From Octopus sinensis (taxonomy: Eukaryota): 64,000 bases of DNA. The position numbers were made by a program, and so were the translations under genes. The DNA is taken from the NCBI RefSeq assembly GCF_006345805.1, contig NC_043001.1, positions 16,678,001 through 16,742,000 on the forward strand. Reading direction: 5' to 3'. The notes under the pieces are model-generated. The model worked only from the letters and a program-made list of their open reading frames with translations. It searched no databases and was not told the origin of the DNA. Shown piece after piece: positions 12,717 through 25,373 of this stretch (the stretch's first letter is position 1; every line of letters starts with the position of its first letter).

Positions 12717-13104
12717 GTGGAGGCGCAATGGCCCAGTGGTCAGGGCAGCGGACTCGCGGTCGTAGGATCGCGGTTTCGATTCCCAGACCGGGCGTTGTGA
12801 GTGTTTATTGAGCGAAAACACCTAAAAGCTCCACGAGGCTCCGGCAGGGGACGGTGGTGATCCCTGCTTTACTCTTTCACCACAACTTTCTCTCACTCTT
12901 ACTTCCTGTTTCTGTTGTACCTGTATTTCAAAGGGCCGGCCTTGTCACTCTCTGTGTCACGCTGAATATCCCCGAGAACTACGTTAAGGGTACACGTGTC
13001 TGTGGAGTGCTCAGCCACTTACACGTTAATTTCACGAGCAAGCTGTTCCGTTGATTCGGATCAACCGGAACCCTCGTCGTCGTAACCGACGGAGTGCTTC
13101 CATC
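12717..13104 (+). mobile_element. SINE family C
   Basis: Matches 10149-10531 over its full length. Confidence 0.85.
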
Positions 13105-13194
13105 CACTATACATACACATATATTTTATATACACTAGCATACGTAATTATATGCGTTGACTCATTAACGCATATACATCCTTATAAGCATATA

Positions 13195-13600
13195 GGCGCA
13201 GGAGTGGCTGTGTGGTAAGCAACCAACCATACAGTTCCGGGTTCAGTCCTACTGCGTGGCACCTTGAGCAAGTGTCTTCTACTATAGTCTCGGGCAGACC
13301 AAAGCCTTGTGAGTGGATTTGGTAGACGGAAACTGAAAGAAGCCCGTCGTATATATGTATATATATATGTACATGTATGTGTGTGAGTGTTTGTGTGTCT
13401 GTGTTTGTTCCCTAAACATCGCTTGACAACCGATGCTGGTGTGTTTACGTCCCCGTAACTTAGCGGTTCGGCAATAGGGACCGATAGAATGAGTACTAGG
13501 CTTACAAAGAATAAGTCTTGGGGTCGATTTGCTCGACTAAAGGCGGTGCTCCAGCATGGCCACAGGCAAATGACTGAAACAAGTAAAAGAGAAAAAAGAG
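13195..13600 (+). mobile_element. SINE family A, full length
   Basis: From ggcgcaggagtggctgtgtgg to gaaacaagtaaaagag. Confidence 0.85.
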
Positions 13601-13921
13601 AAAGATATACATATACACTAACATATAAATATACACAAGCATATTTGTATGAGTGCGTATAATATACGCTACATATGTAATATAATATATACTATACAGT
13701 AAATCAAAAATTCCATAAATACTTAATATTAAATTTTGCTTATTCATTCTGATTATAAATGTTTAATAAATGAATTCTGTGAGTTAAAATCACCGTTTTT
13801 TTTTTTTCAGCATTTGTCTATTTATTAGTGAAATCTCATTTAAAATAATTTTTTCTTTAAATCTTGGAATTAAATGGGTTTTGATTTACGTTCAGGTGAC
13901 TTTTGGCCAACCCTGAATAAT

Positions 13922-14510
13922 ACTTATTTCTTTATTACCCACAAGGGGCTAAACACAGAGAGGACAAACAAGGACAGATAAACGGATTGAGTCTATTATA
14001 TCGACCCCAGTGCATAACTGCTACTTATTTAATCGACCCTGCAAGGATGAAAGGCAAAGTTGACCTCGGCGGAATTTGAACTCAGAACGTAGCTGCAGAT
14101 GAAATACCTATTTCTTTACTACCCACAAGGGGCTACACACAGAGGGGACGAACAAGGACAGACAAAGGGATTAAGTCAATTACATCGTCCCCAGTGCGTA
14201 ACTGGTACTTAATTTATCGACCCCCGAAAAGATGAAAGGCAAAGTCGACCTCAGCAGAATTTGAACTCAGAACGTAGCTGCAGACGAAATACCTATTTCT
14301 TTACTACTCACAAGGGACTAAACACAGAGGGGACGAACAAAGACAGACAAAGGGATTAAGTCGATTACATCGACTCCAGTGCGTAACTGGTACTTAATTT
14401 ATCGACCCCCGAAAGGATGAAAGGCAAAGTCGACCCCGGCGGAATTTGAACTCAGAACGTAGTGGCAGATGAAATACCGGTAAGCACTTCGCCCGGCGTG
14501 ATAACGTTTC
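13922..14510 (-). mobile_element. SINE family B head-to-tail array (head plus 3 units)
   Basis: Junction gaaatacctatttc recurs at 14101 and 14286 (period 185 bp). Confidence 0.9.
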
Positions 14511-14521
14511 GAAAGTATATA

Positions 14522-14815
14522 TCATGTATGTGAGTGTCTTTCATTAGGCGCAATTCCAGGACGTAGGACATAGGCGACCATGTCCTGCCACAATTCTCTG
14601 TTCTTTATTTTCTGTAACAGTTCCACTTCTTGGTGTTTAATGCCTCCTTCTTTCAACTGGTTCTTCAAACTCGACATCCCCATCATCCTTCTCCTTCCTC
14701 TGCTTCTTTTCCCCCCAATCTTTCCGATCATTGCTAAATTTCCCCTGTATGTGTGTAAAAAGCTCATGATTCATCCCTCTACTATTCGAAGTTTCTCGCT
14801 TTTGGGGCATTCGTT
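14522..14815 (-). mobile_element. RTE-clade LINE 3' ORF remnant
   Basis: ...GKIGGKRSRGRRRMMGMSSLK...NRELWQDMVAYV matches the RTE C-terminal GK.EGKR.RGR.R...W..M.A pattern. Confidence 0.65.
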
Positions 14816-15801
14816 CCTAATTACTAATTAATTACTAATTAATAAATATGGTTTTCCTAATTATGAGAATCATTCTGGGGTTTTTGAATACGACGGACAA
14901 GGAAGGAATTACCACCGTGTTTCGTGGTTTGCTACCACAACAGCTCCTTTATAGGATCCAGTTAGCTCAAGATTCATCAGGAGGAACCACGTCCGGTTTC
15001 GGCCCCTACTCCTCTACCGTTTTGACGTGGCGGAGCCCCCCTTTCGGAGGTGTCTTCAGCTCTGGTGTTGGGTGCATGTCTTCTTCTTTCTTCTGTTCCC
15101 TGGCCTCTTCGGTGTAGCGTCAACGAGTATCAGCTGGCGACTGACTGACTTGTCAAATTTTTTCCCTTTAAATCCTCTGCCTTATATTTCGGTGTGTACG
15201 CACAAGGCTGCGAAACTCGGAGTAGCAATGGAGGGAAGCATCATCCTCGAATGAATAAATGTACTCCACTGCCTTTATTGAGTACTCTTTCTCTGACTGA
15301 GCCGGCCTTTGAAGAAAGATATAACAGCCTTGACTACCTCGCCTATTCAAATAGTATAGCTCAGAAAACATTATACCATATATCTCCTTCTTTTTCTCAC
15401 ACCGTATCGTTTAAATCGAGTCAGTTGTGGCTACTATTTCTAAAAGATTGAACGAACATTTAAGAGATCTTACGTTGGCAACGGAATGACAATAGTAGTT
15501 AGCAGGGCTACGCTGATTCATATACATTGTCTCCGTCCACAATATAATTTAGTTAACGCCTTTGTTTCCACAAAGAATTCTTCTACTACTTAGCTTTTAT
15601 CAATCTGTCACGCAGCTTTCTATATTATGCCGCTCTACTGAATCTGTCCCAAACACACTGTCAACTAATTTGCACCAAGAAGCAATTTACATTTCACCTC
15701 ATAATTGTATTTTATTGTTCAGTAAAACAAGTCACAAGTCGTTGGAAAGTTTGTAGATATTGCTTGAACAGACATTCAGTCAGAGGCTTTCGGTAGAATA
15801 T

Positions 15802-15851
<50 letters not shown>

Positions 15852-16026
15852 GCGAGTATGTATGTATGTATGTATGTATGTATGTATGTATGTATGTATG
15901 TATGTATACTATATATAAATGCATATATATATATATGTGGATATATATATATATATAATATATATATTTATATATAGATAGATATATTGATATATATATA
16001 TGCATATATATATATATATATATATA

Positions 16027-16065
<39 letters not shown>

Positions 16066-16066
16066 A

Positions 16067-16135
<69 letters not shown>

Positions 16136-16249
16136 AGCGTGGGTGTGTGGTAAGTAGCTTGCTTACCAACACATGGTTCCGGGTTCAGTCCCACTGCGTG
16201 GCACCTTACGCAAGTGTCTTGTACTATAGCCTCGGGCCGACCAAAGCCT

Positions 16250-16338
<89 letters not shown>

Positions 16339-16702
16339 ATAAGAGACGGTAGGCCTGGTTGTGTGGTAAGAAGCTTGCTTCCCGGCCGCAAGGTTTCCGG
16401 TTCAGTCCCGCTGCTTGGCATCTTCTTGAGCAAGCTTCTCTTAGTAAATCCTTGCGAATGGTCTTGGCAGACAGAAACGGAAAGAAGCTGGTTATATATA
16501 TTGTTATATTTCAGGATGGTCCTTTTCTTTCTTGCCAAATAAAGACTACGTGTGTTTATTTGGCAAGAAAAAAGATGACCGTCCCGAAATATAAAAGAAT
16601 CTACTTCAACACACCATTTCACATTAGGAATTTTCCAAAACAAATTCATAAATGATTTCTTTCCTCCGTCTTCCTTGTCTCTTGGACTTTACTCTGTCTC
16701 CT

Positions 16703-16737
16703 GTTTCCGAAGAAGAGCTTTGCTCGAAACGTAAAAC
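16703..16737 (+). ncRNA. Minimal type I hammerhead-like motif (U4C)
   Basis: GUUU-CCGAAGA-A-GAGC/UUU/GCUC-GAAAC-GU-A-AAAC; stem I GUUU/AAAC and stem II GAGC/GCUC. Confidence 0.55.
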
Positions 16738-16859
16738 TACCTTTCTTTCCTTCCCTGAGCGTCTGCTAAAACTTTGCATGTATCACGTTCTCGCGTTGTT
16801 GTTTTTTCTTGTGTTTTTTCTTCGTTTTTTTTTGGGGGGGGGATACATACATACATACA

Positions 16860-16930
<71 letters not shown>

Positions 16931-17004
16931 CTATATATATTATATATATAAGAAATTAAAAAAGGAAAATACGCACACTTACATAGTTTTAATACAATTT
17001 TAAT

Positions 17005-17039
17005 ATATCGACCGGTTTCGCTATCGTTATTCATGATAT
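17005..17039 (-). ncRNA. Minimal type I hammerhead-like motif with an A3-U8 core
   Basis: Minus strand: AUAUC-AUGAAUA-ACGAUAGC-GAAAC-CG-GU-C-GAUAU; 5-bp stem I and a GUC triplet, but stem II pairs poorly. Confidence 0.5.
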
Positions 17040-17085
17040 TATGTTTTACTTATTTTAATATGTATTTTTTTTAAAGAAGAAATTT

Positions 17086-17143
<58 letters not shown>

Positions 17144-18324
17144 ATTGTATGTATGTATACGATGAACACAAGTTTGTATAATTTCTTCCTACGTACGTCT
17201 CATCACTGCGGTTGTTTCGAACTTTGCCTCTGATTTTCCAAGTGCAAGTGGATGCTTAAGCGCAACGGATTATCAAGGAACCCTCAATGGCCTTGTGGTA
17301 CAAAGAACTACTGTCTGAGCTGGACAGGTCGCAAGATACTTTATAAATATTTTGATAAGGAAGTAGAGAGTAAGTAAAAAGTGATGAAAATACAAAAGAG
17401 GGGAGAGAAAGGACAGAATAGAGAATAAAGAGAGAGAGAGAGAGGAGAGAGAGGAGAGAGAGGAGAGAGAGAGGGAGAGAAAGAGGGGGAAGAAAAGATT
17501 AAAAGAAGGGAAGAACCAAACTAGATTGTGATTAAAGAAAGAGTGGAAAGACTGAAATGGACAACAATAAAAAGAGTAAATGAAGAAAAAAATAAAAGAA
17601 AGAAAATAATTTATCAAAATAATGTTGTTTGCTATGGGCACAAGGCCTGGAATTTGATGGCAGGTGGGTCAGCAGTTACATCGACTCAAGTGTTCTCACT
17701 GGCAGTCATTTTTATCGACACTGAAAGGATAAAAGGCAGAGTCGACCTCGGCGGCAGTCGAACTCTGAAACTAAAGACGGGCGAAAAGTTGCGTAACAAA
17801 ATAATAAAGTTTAAATGATTGAATAACAACATCTAAAGAGGAAAAGAGAAGAAAGCATGCTGAGAAAAACGGAGAGGGAATTAAGAGATTATGAAAAAAA
17901 AGGATGTTTGGGAATGGTCAATCTGTTAGCACAGAGATTAAATCAATAGAAATTGGGAAATGAATATGTACACAAATATACATAAACAATAATATGACTG
18001 GGTCATGACCTTGTACGGCACAATTTTCCAAAGGTTAAATTCTATATTTCAAAAGGACTAAATCTAAACAAACGTATTTTTAGGTACAAAATATGGATTC
18101 ATACAAGCAGGCATGCATCCACATACTGTTGCGCATACATGTTCGAACTACCGCCTCAATACAGCACACACACACGCACACACACACACACACACATACA
18201 CGCACACACATACACACACACATTAATAGTTTAAAGGAAACAGAGAATACACATAGAATATTCATTTTTAAAAATCCTTATGAAATCATATTAAGTTCTT
18301 ATCTTATATATTAATGACAATTTC

Positions 18325-18480
18325 TGTCTGTCGTTGTGTGTTACCGTCTTGCTGCCCACACAAGTGTGCCAATCTTGACGAAACTTTGCATACGTGTTAA
18401 ACTAACATCCTGTTCAATTATAGGCTAATTGGATTTCAACAACAATCTACAATCGGTACCCCCAACGGGGTTAGGCTGTT
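18325..18480 (+). mobile_element. Possible Helitron/HINE-like 5' segment, decayed
   Basis: tctgtctgt...ccaatcttgacgaaactttgcata resembles the 5' part of the Helitron at 24900. Confidence 0.3.
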
Positions 18481-18968
18481 ATTTGATAAACAGAGAAGGA
18501 TACAAAGAGTGTTAGTGTGAGGGAAATGTGGTAGCATAGTGAGTGTGGTTAATATCAGGAAAGGGAACAAAGTTGTGTAAGCAACAAATATGGAGTGGCA
18601 GTGGGATGTTAACGTTAACACAACTGATATACACGGATATACACGTGACAATGCATACATACTTTCGTAAATACATAGATACATGCATACACACGCACAC
18701 ACACACACACACTGACATATATACACCTGTACATAAATACGTACACCTTCCTACACACATATACATACACATATAAAAACAGAGCGATAAAGATATAATT
18801 GATACAAACATATGCGTATAACAAAAGGGTAGATATCAAGACGGTTTAAAAGATATAAAAATAAATGTATATACACATACGCACACACATATTCACACAC
18901 ATATATACATATATGTATATATATATATATGTATATATACATACATAAATGTATACGCATACACACAC

Positions 18969-19002
<34 letters not shown>

Positions 19003-19559
19003 GAATTCCCCAAACAAATGCAAACAAACACACGTACGTACATACATACAAACATACATACATATATACATACATACATACATACATATATATATATGTG
19101 TATGTATATATATATACATATACATATATATATACATATAAATATATATGCATATATATACGTCAGATATCCTATTCTTCGGGTATCTCTTCTGTGTTTG
19201 AACGTACACTGTATTCTTCTCTGAATAATATATAGCCTATTTAGTAATTTTTTCTTTCTCGCTAGACCACTGGTAACTAATAATTTTTCTATGAATATTC
19301 TTGCTACCCTAAGATTTTAATTAATGATAATATATATATATATATATATCGTTTTGGGATTTGGTTTGAAAGATTCTTTATATGAGTTCGCGTGTTGAAG
19401 CATATTCTGTTGTGTCCGGAGAGAGTCGTTTTCTTTTTGTGCCTTATAAACTATTGAAAAGGTTGCAAGAGGTAACGGAAATTTTAGGAAAATAAAAATA
19501 AGAAAAAAGTGGAAATTTTACCAGTGAGTGTGTTAGATTATAAGGCACAAAAAGAAAAT

Positions 19560-20124
19560 GACTCTCCCCAGACACTGATGCAGTACCAGGCAGTGGTCTC
19601 ATGGTTTCTGATCTTAACTGATTGGAAGTGTTATCATGTACATTGTTTTGTCTTGGTATAAAAGATGGGCTACAGCAAATATTCTGCTCAATACCACAGA
19701 TTTGCTTGTCAGTTGTTTGACCATAACCAGTTGAGCATGTCCCTTAGTGGCTGACGATATGTGCATCTCTGATCAGGAGCAGAAGTAGTGGGGGAGCATC
19801 ATAGCCATATGTTGAGAGGGATTATTTGGGGTTTGAATAATTCACCTCTGGAAACATAGGTGGTTCTTTCAACATCCTTACACAACCCTTATGCAGGGAC
19901 CTTTTGAGTGGGATGGGTTACTCGATCTGAAGAAAATTCTAACTGGGCCCCACCTGCAAGGTCATGTGCTGTTTATCTTGATATGAGATCACCATGTCGC
20001 GCACATATGGTTGTGATGCATGTGCCTAGTGTACCCTTATCAGACGGGTAGTCATGATGGGTATACTGGGCTTCGTATATTTTACCCCAGTGTCACTTTG
20101 ATGGCATGCTCTGCTCGCTCACTC

Positions 20125-20157
<33 letters not shown>

Positions 20158-20165
20158 TATTATTA
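19560..20165 (+). mobile_element. Non-LTR retroelement 3' region with (AAT)n tail
   Basis: A stretch of more balanced base composition ending ...gctcactcaat(aat)n; I recall it as an abundant octopus RTE-associated 3' UTR repeat (unverified). Confidence 0.55.
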
Positions 20166-20623
20166 TTTGATTGAACACCATGCATCCATTTCCAAGTAAG
20201 TTTATCACAATCATTTTGATGCGACTCTACTCTTAACTGTTTACTCCCACACCCTTCTCTTATTCCCTTTTCCTCCCCTTCACCGTTCTCTATCAGTCTC
20301 TCTCCCCCTCTTTCTATTTTTCTCGCTCTCTCGTTGCTCACACGTGACTGAGAGAAAAGGACTTTACTAATAAATTCAAACCCAAGCTTAATAGACAATG
20401 ATTAAATTAATCTTATTTAAGGTTTAAAAATCTTATCCCTATAACTAAATAATAAAAATCCCTAAAAAGTACTGCTGTCATCATTTCTAAAAATAAACAT
20501 TGAAAAATGGTTTGGCATCATTTCTAAAAATAGCCAAGCAACTACTACTGCTGTCCACAGGAATGTATATAATGGACAAAAGGTAACCAGTCAAACAGCA
20601 GTCGAAGCGTTCCTGTCACAATC

Positions 20624-20666
20624 TGAACCTGATGAATGCTTAAAAGCAAGAAAGTATACTAGTTCA
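20624..20666 (+). ncRNA. Minimal type I hammerhead ribozyme, conserved core intact
   Basis: UGAAC-CUGAUGA-A-UGCU/UAAA/AGCA-A-GAAA-G-UAUA-C-U-A-GUUCA. Stem I is 5 bp, stem II is 4 bp, stem III is 2 bp with a palindromic loop, and the predicted cleavage is after A20661 (CUA). Confidence 0.7.
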
Positions 20667-21139
20667 ATGAGAATAGACATTTAATATTTAATTTTCAATA
20701 TTTCATTTGTTCAATAAGACAATCAATACTTCAGTTCATTTCTTTCTTAATATATATTCTATATCCTATATTAATATTATAAGAATATAAGTAAGACATA
20801 AAAAACAGAGTTGGAATTCCTTTGAGTAATATATATATATATGTGTGTGTGTGTGCAAATTAGAAAGAAAAACACCTTTCATCAATTCAATAATGAAAAA
20901 TTAAATTATACCATCTAAAAAATTACATATTATAGAAAAATTAAATATAATATAAAGTTATTTTACCAAATATATACGTTTTATTTATTATTTTTCACAT
21001 TACTTGATCATCGTTATATGTTTTATCTTATATTTAATCTTTCTATAATATGTAATTTTCTAGATGGTATAATTTAATTTTTTATTATTGAATTGATAAA
21101 AGGTGGGTTTTTGTCTAATTTATATATATATATATATAT

Positions 21140-21500
21140 GGATGGAAGCACTCCGTCGATTACGACGACGAGGGTTCCGGTTGATCTGAATCAACGGAAC
21201 AGCCAGCTCGTGAAATTAACGTGTAAGTGGCTGAGCACTCCACAGACACGTGTACCCTTAACGTAGTTCTCGGGATATTCAGCGTGACACAGAGAGTGAC
21301 AATGCCGATCCTTTGAAATACAGGTACAACAGAAACAGAGAGAAAGTTGTGGTGAAAATGTACAGCAGGGATCACCACCATCCCCTGCCGGAGCCTCGTG
21401 GAGCTTTAGGTGTTTTCGCTCAATAAACACTCACAACGCCCGGTCTGGGAATCGAAACCGCGAGTCCGCTGCCCTAACCACTGGGCCATTGCGCCTCCAC
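21140..21500 (-). mobile_element. SINE family C
   Basis: Reverse complement of the 10149 and 12717 copies, inserted in (TA)n. Confidence 0.85.
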
Positions 21501-22219
21501 TATATATATATATATATATAATATTATTTTGTGAAATTTGATTTAGATTTCTAAATTGAATTTTTCCATGTAAGTTTAGAATAATATTCCCTCATATCAT
21601 TATTGTTATTATAATATATATGTATATATATATATATATATAATAATATATATATTATATATATATTAATATATATATATATATATATAATATATATATA
21701 TATACTTATATTGAACAGCCGAAATTTGCTATGATGATTCGGTGTCTGACTGAAGATTGAAGGCTTCGAATGATTTGTCTGTGTTCCGTGTTCGTCCCTT
21801 CCTGTATTTCACGTTCATTATATATAAAAACATTCATTCTTATATATATACTTACATATATATGTGTGTGTGCGTGTGTATGTATATGTATATATATACA
21901 TACACACACATATTGTATATATCTATAAAATAAGATTCGGGGACAGCCATTGTAGCAACTGATATACACAGCTGACACACATACCCACATATTCGCGCAC
22001 GTGAGCACTTACCCTTGGCTGATATGCAGCCACACCCATATGTACGCATACCCCAGTAAACACGCACATACATACCAAGGTGCTGATCCGATTAGTTCTC
22101 ACCCACACACCAGCTTACATGCACGCTCACACACACACAACCATAACTGATACACAAGCATAGACATCAGGCACCCGCAGCCACCCACTCATATATCTGT
22201 CATACATACAACCTTACCG

Positions 22220-22480
22220 GCCATATTTCTGCTACCCTGCAATCCCGTTTAAAGTCCTTTCAAAGACCCTTCAGACACCAAGACACCATTAGCTCCCTGT
22301 CCAGTGATGCTGTCAAGAGATTATCCTTTCTTATGTATCAGGTGTCGCGGAAACGCCATTCTCACTTGTAGCAACAGTATGTGACCCGCCTTAACCAAAT
22401 GCAGCCCAGTTTCTGGTAGGCATCATAGACTTCCCGCATTTCTCCATTCTGTGACCAGTATCTGTATGAGTTAGATTTCT
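22220..22480 (-). mobile_element. Possible highly decayed RTE RT remnant
   Basis: All frames carry stops; only weak resemblance to RTE RT or post-RT motifs. Confidence 0.25.
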
Positions 22481-22750
22481 GTTCGAAGCCTGCGAAATTT
22501 TAAGTCGCATGAAGCTAAATCAAACTGTTTTAAATAATAATATATATGTAATTTCCTAAGGCGGTGAGCTGGCAGAAACGTTAGCACGTCAGGCGAAATG
22601 CTTAACAGTATTTCGTCTGCCGCTTACGTTCTGAATTGAAATTCCGCCGAGGTCGACTTTGTCTTTCATCCTTTCGGGGTCGATTAAATAAGTACCAGTG
22701 CGTAACTAGTGCAGAAGCGAACTGCCATCATCTCTAACAGATGAAGCGCC

Positions 22751-22799
22751 TAGTACTGAGAAGAGGCAGGAATAGCCCGAAACCAGGACTGGTCTACTG
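22751..22799 (+). ncRNA. Degenerate type I hammerhead-like motif with extended stem III
   Basis: UAGUA-CUGAGAAGA-GGC/AGGAAUA/GCC-C-GAAA-CCAG/GA/CUGG-U-C-UACUG; GUC triplet and 5-bp stem I, with an altered core. Confidence 0.5.
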
Positions 22800-23030
22800 T
22801 TTCCGTCGCTAGGAGATGGTAGGATTTCGCTCCCTTGCTCACAGTTTTATCGGGTACAGGTGTGCACCATTAGCCAGCTAGAGATGTGCTCTTGGAGTTA
22901 AAAATCGCAGTAGAGTCCGCTCGAACGGACACCTATGTTAAAGTGGCTACGAATATTACTTGTCAGCATAACTACCGCGTTGATCTTTTAGAGAGATTTT
23001 AGAACTATATATATATATATATATATATAT

Positions 23031-23073
<43 letters not shown>

Positions 23074-23273
23074 AATAAGAAAATGGAGGGGCTCAATATG
23101 TGGTTCAACTTTTAGACATTATATTATGTCAATTTATTTATTTATGTACTAAAATGACAATTACAAGAATATACATACATGTATAACATATGCTTTACGA
23201 ATAAAATATATAAAGATACCAGTAATTATTAAAATATATAACATACAGGAATAGAGATTGGGAAAAGAAATTG

Positions 23274-23316
<43 letters not shown>

Positions 23317-23405
23317 GGAGAGTTTACGAAAACAATAAAAGGCGAAGACAGGTGGTGTACAAAACAAACAGATGTATTAGTATAACGCCCAGGAATAGAA
23401 AAAGT

Positions 23406-23441
23406 CTTTTACGTTTCGAGCCTATGCTCTTCTACAGAAAG
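23406..23441 (-). ncRNA. Minimal hammerhead-like motif (A6U) in a repeat family
   Basis: Minus strand: CUUU-CUGUAGA-A-GAGC/AUAG/GCUC-GAAAC-GU-A-AAAG. The host repeat also occurs near 11640-11700, 27120-27220 and 31740-31900. Confidence 0.5.
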
Positions 23442-23734
23442 GGACACAGAAAAAACAAGGAGAGAAACAAGGAGAAAAAGAAATGTGTGTAGTGGCTAAC
23501 GATCTATCATGGCGACCATATTTTTATATATATGTGTGTGTGTGTATATATATATGTATGTATATATATATATATATATTTGAGTAATTGAATGAATTAT
23601 CTTATTAAGGATAATTCGAAAAATAACCGATACCTGGGTAGCAAATTCACATCAGAAAGAACACGGTTGAAGCTACGTCCCTAGGGCATAGACTACGTGT
23701 CTTCGTGCGGAAATTTGTATGTTTATTTTAAAAT

Positions 23735-23837
23735 TATATGAAAGAATGGAGTTGAACGACTAGTTAACAAATATCCTTTATTCTCGACATATGTCGAGAA
23801 TAAAGGATATTTGTTAACTAGTCGTTCAACTCCATTC

Positions 23838-23846
<9 letters not shown>
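23735..23846. repeat. Perfect 112-bp palindrome with no spacer
   Basis: The 56-bp arms match base for base around the centre at 23790/23791. Confidence 0.95.
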
Positions 23847-23877
<31 letters not shown>

Positions 23878-24899
23878 ACATATGATAGTGTGTGAGCCTG
23901 TGTGCGTGTGTGTTTGTGTTTGTGTTCATATCCCCCGTGACATAGCTGTTCGGCCAAAGACACTGATAGAATAAATACCAAGCTTTAAAAATATAAAAGT
24001 ACTGAGGGCGACTCATATCACAAAAAAATTCTTGAAGGCGCTGCCCCAGCATGGTCACAGTTTAATGACTGAAACGAATAAACGATAAAAGAAAAATCAG
24101 GTATGTACCTTGAAAAATACTCAAGCAATTATATGAATGTACGTTTGAAGCAAATAACCACAACATACAGCCAGGCATGCACGCGCACACACACCTACTC
24201 ACATATGAAAACATACATGTATGAAATATGTAAAAATTCTATGCATTGGCCTAAGACTATATATATAAAATTATTTTCAAGTTTAAATTCCAAAAGGCAC
24301 GTGTATTGCGCACTAATGTTTTCTAATCTGAATAGCAGTAATCATTAAAAACGCTTTAGGGGTCGCTAAAATTAGAAAAGGTGCACCTGTGAAACGGTAT
24401 AGTTTACAAATGTACCAGATAAACCAATAACTTATCTCAGGCATGTGCTAGATTCGTTTCAAATTCATTTAAAATTCGGTTTAGTAAGCAAATACGTACG
24501 TATAAAAAGAATGAAGTAAGCAAATACATACGTATAGAAATAACGAAATAAGCACACATCCCTATCATACTACATTTGGGAATGGAAAACTAAAACCAAA
24601 ACATATAATAAAACATTGAACAATTATTCTAAAGTAAACCGTAATAGCGGCAAAATATGTACTGCTCCAAATTTGGGATTCTTAAGAGTTCAAAATCTAT
24701 TCTCAATAGACTTTCAGATCGAGAATGTTCTCATCCCATCAGAAAATATTTAAGATATTTTTGCGTATGTCTGTGTTATGCGTGTGAGTGTATATGTATA
24801 TATACACACCACACACACACGCACACACGTATATATCTATATCTAAAAATCTGTCTATATATATGCATACATACACCGATACAAAAATACATATGCATG

Positions 24900-25338
24900 T
24901 CTATTATATAAAATCCGTTCTGTCTGTGTGTGTGTCTTCTAGGATCTCGGGCATCCTACATCCGATTGCGCTCAAATTTGTTATGTAGATACCGACGGTA
25001 TCAGAGCGTGTATAAGTCTTGAAAAAATTACAAAAATCGATTCCAGGTGAGAATGCGATCGATAAAGCCGTTTTTGTTCTGCTTTTCTTCCGTCCACCTG
25101 TACATAATTGCACCTTCCATTTTTTGTTGTTTTTGTTCTGGTTAAAGGCACGTTTCTTTCCTGCCAAGCTTACTATTTAAACCATGTTTGTGTTCTCCCA
25201 GTCAACAGCCTTATCATTACTGGTACATTAAACTCTTCCGTTGCATATTTGTGTGAATAAAATCGTTTTTCTTTGGAATAGAAAAAAAGTCACTCACTCA
25301 CTCTATCTCTCCTTTTCACTCTCTCTCTCACGCGCGTG

Positions 25339-25373
<35 letters not shown>

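Noticed and set aside
14960-15010. Minus-strand GAAAC...CUGAUGA as a type II hammerhead
   Set aside because: Stems I and II cannot be paired.
21745-21785. Hammerhead in the ttgaCTGAAGA...cGAATgac family (also 44070, 56550, 58340)
   Set aside because: GAAU replaces GAAA, no stem I can be formed, and the GAAG/CUUC hairpin would sequester the core.
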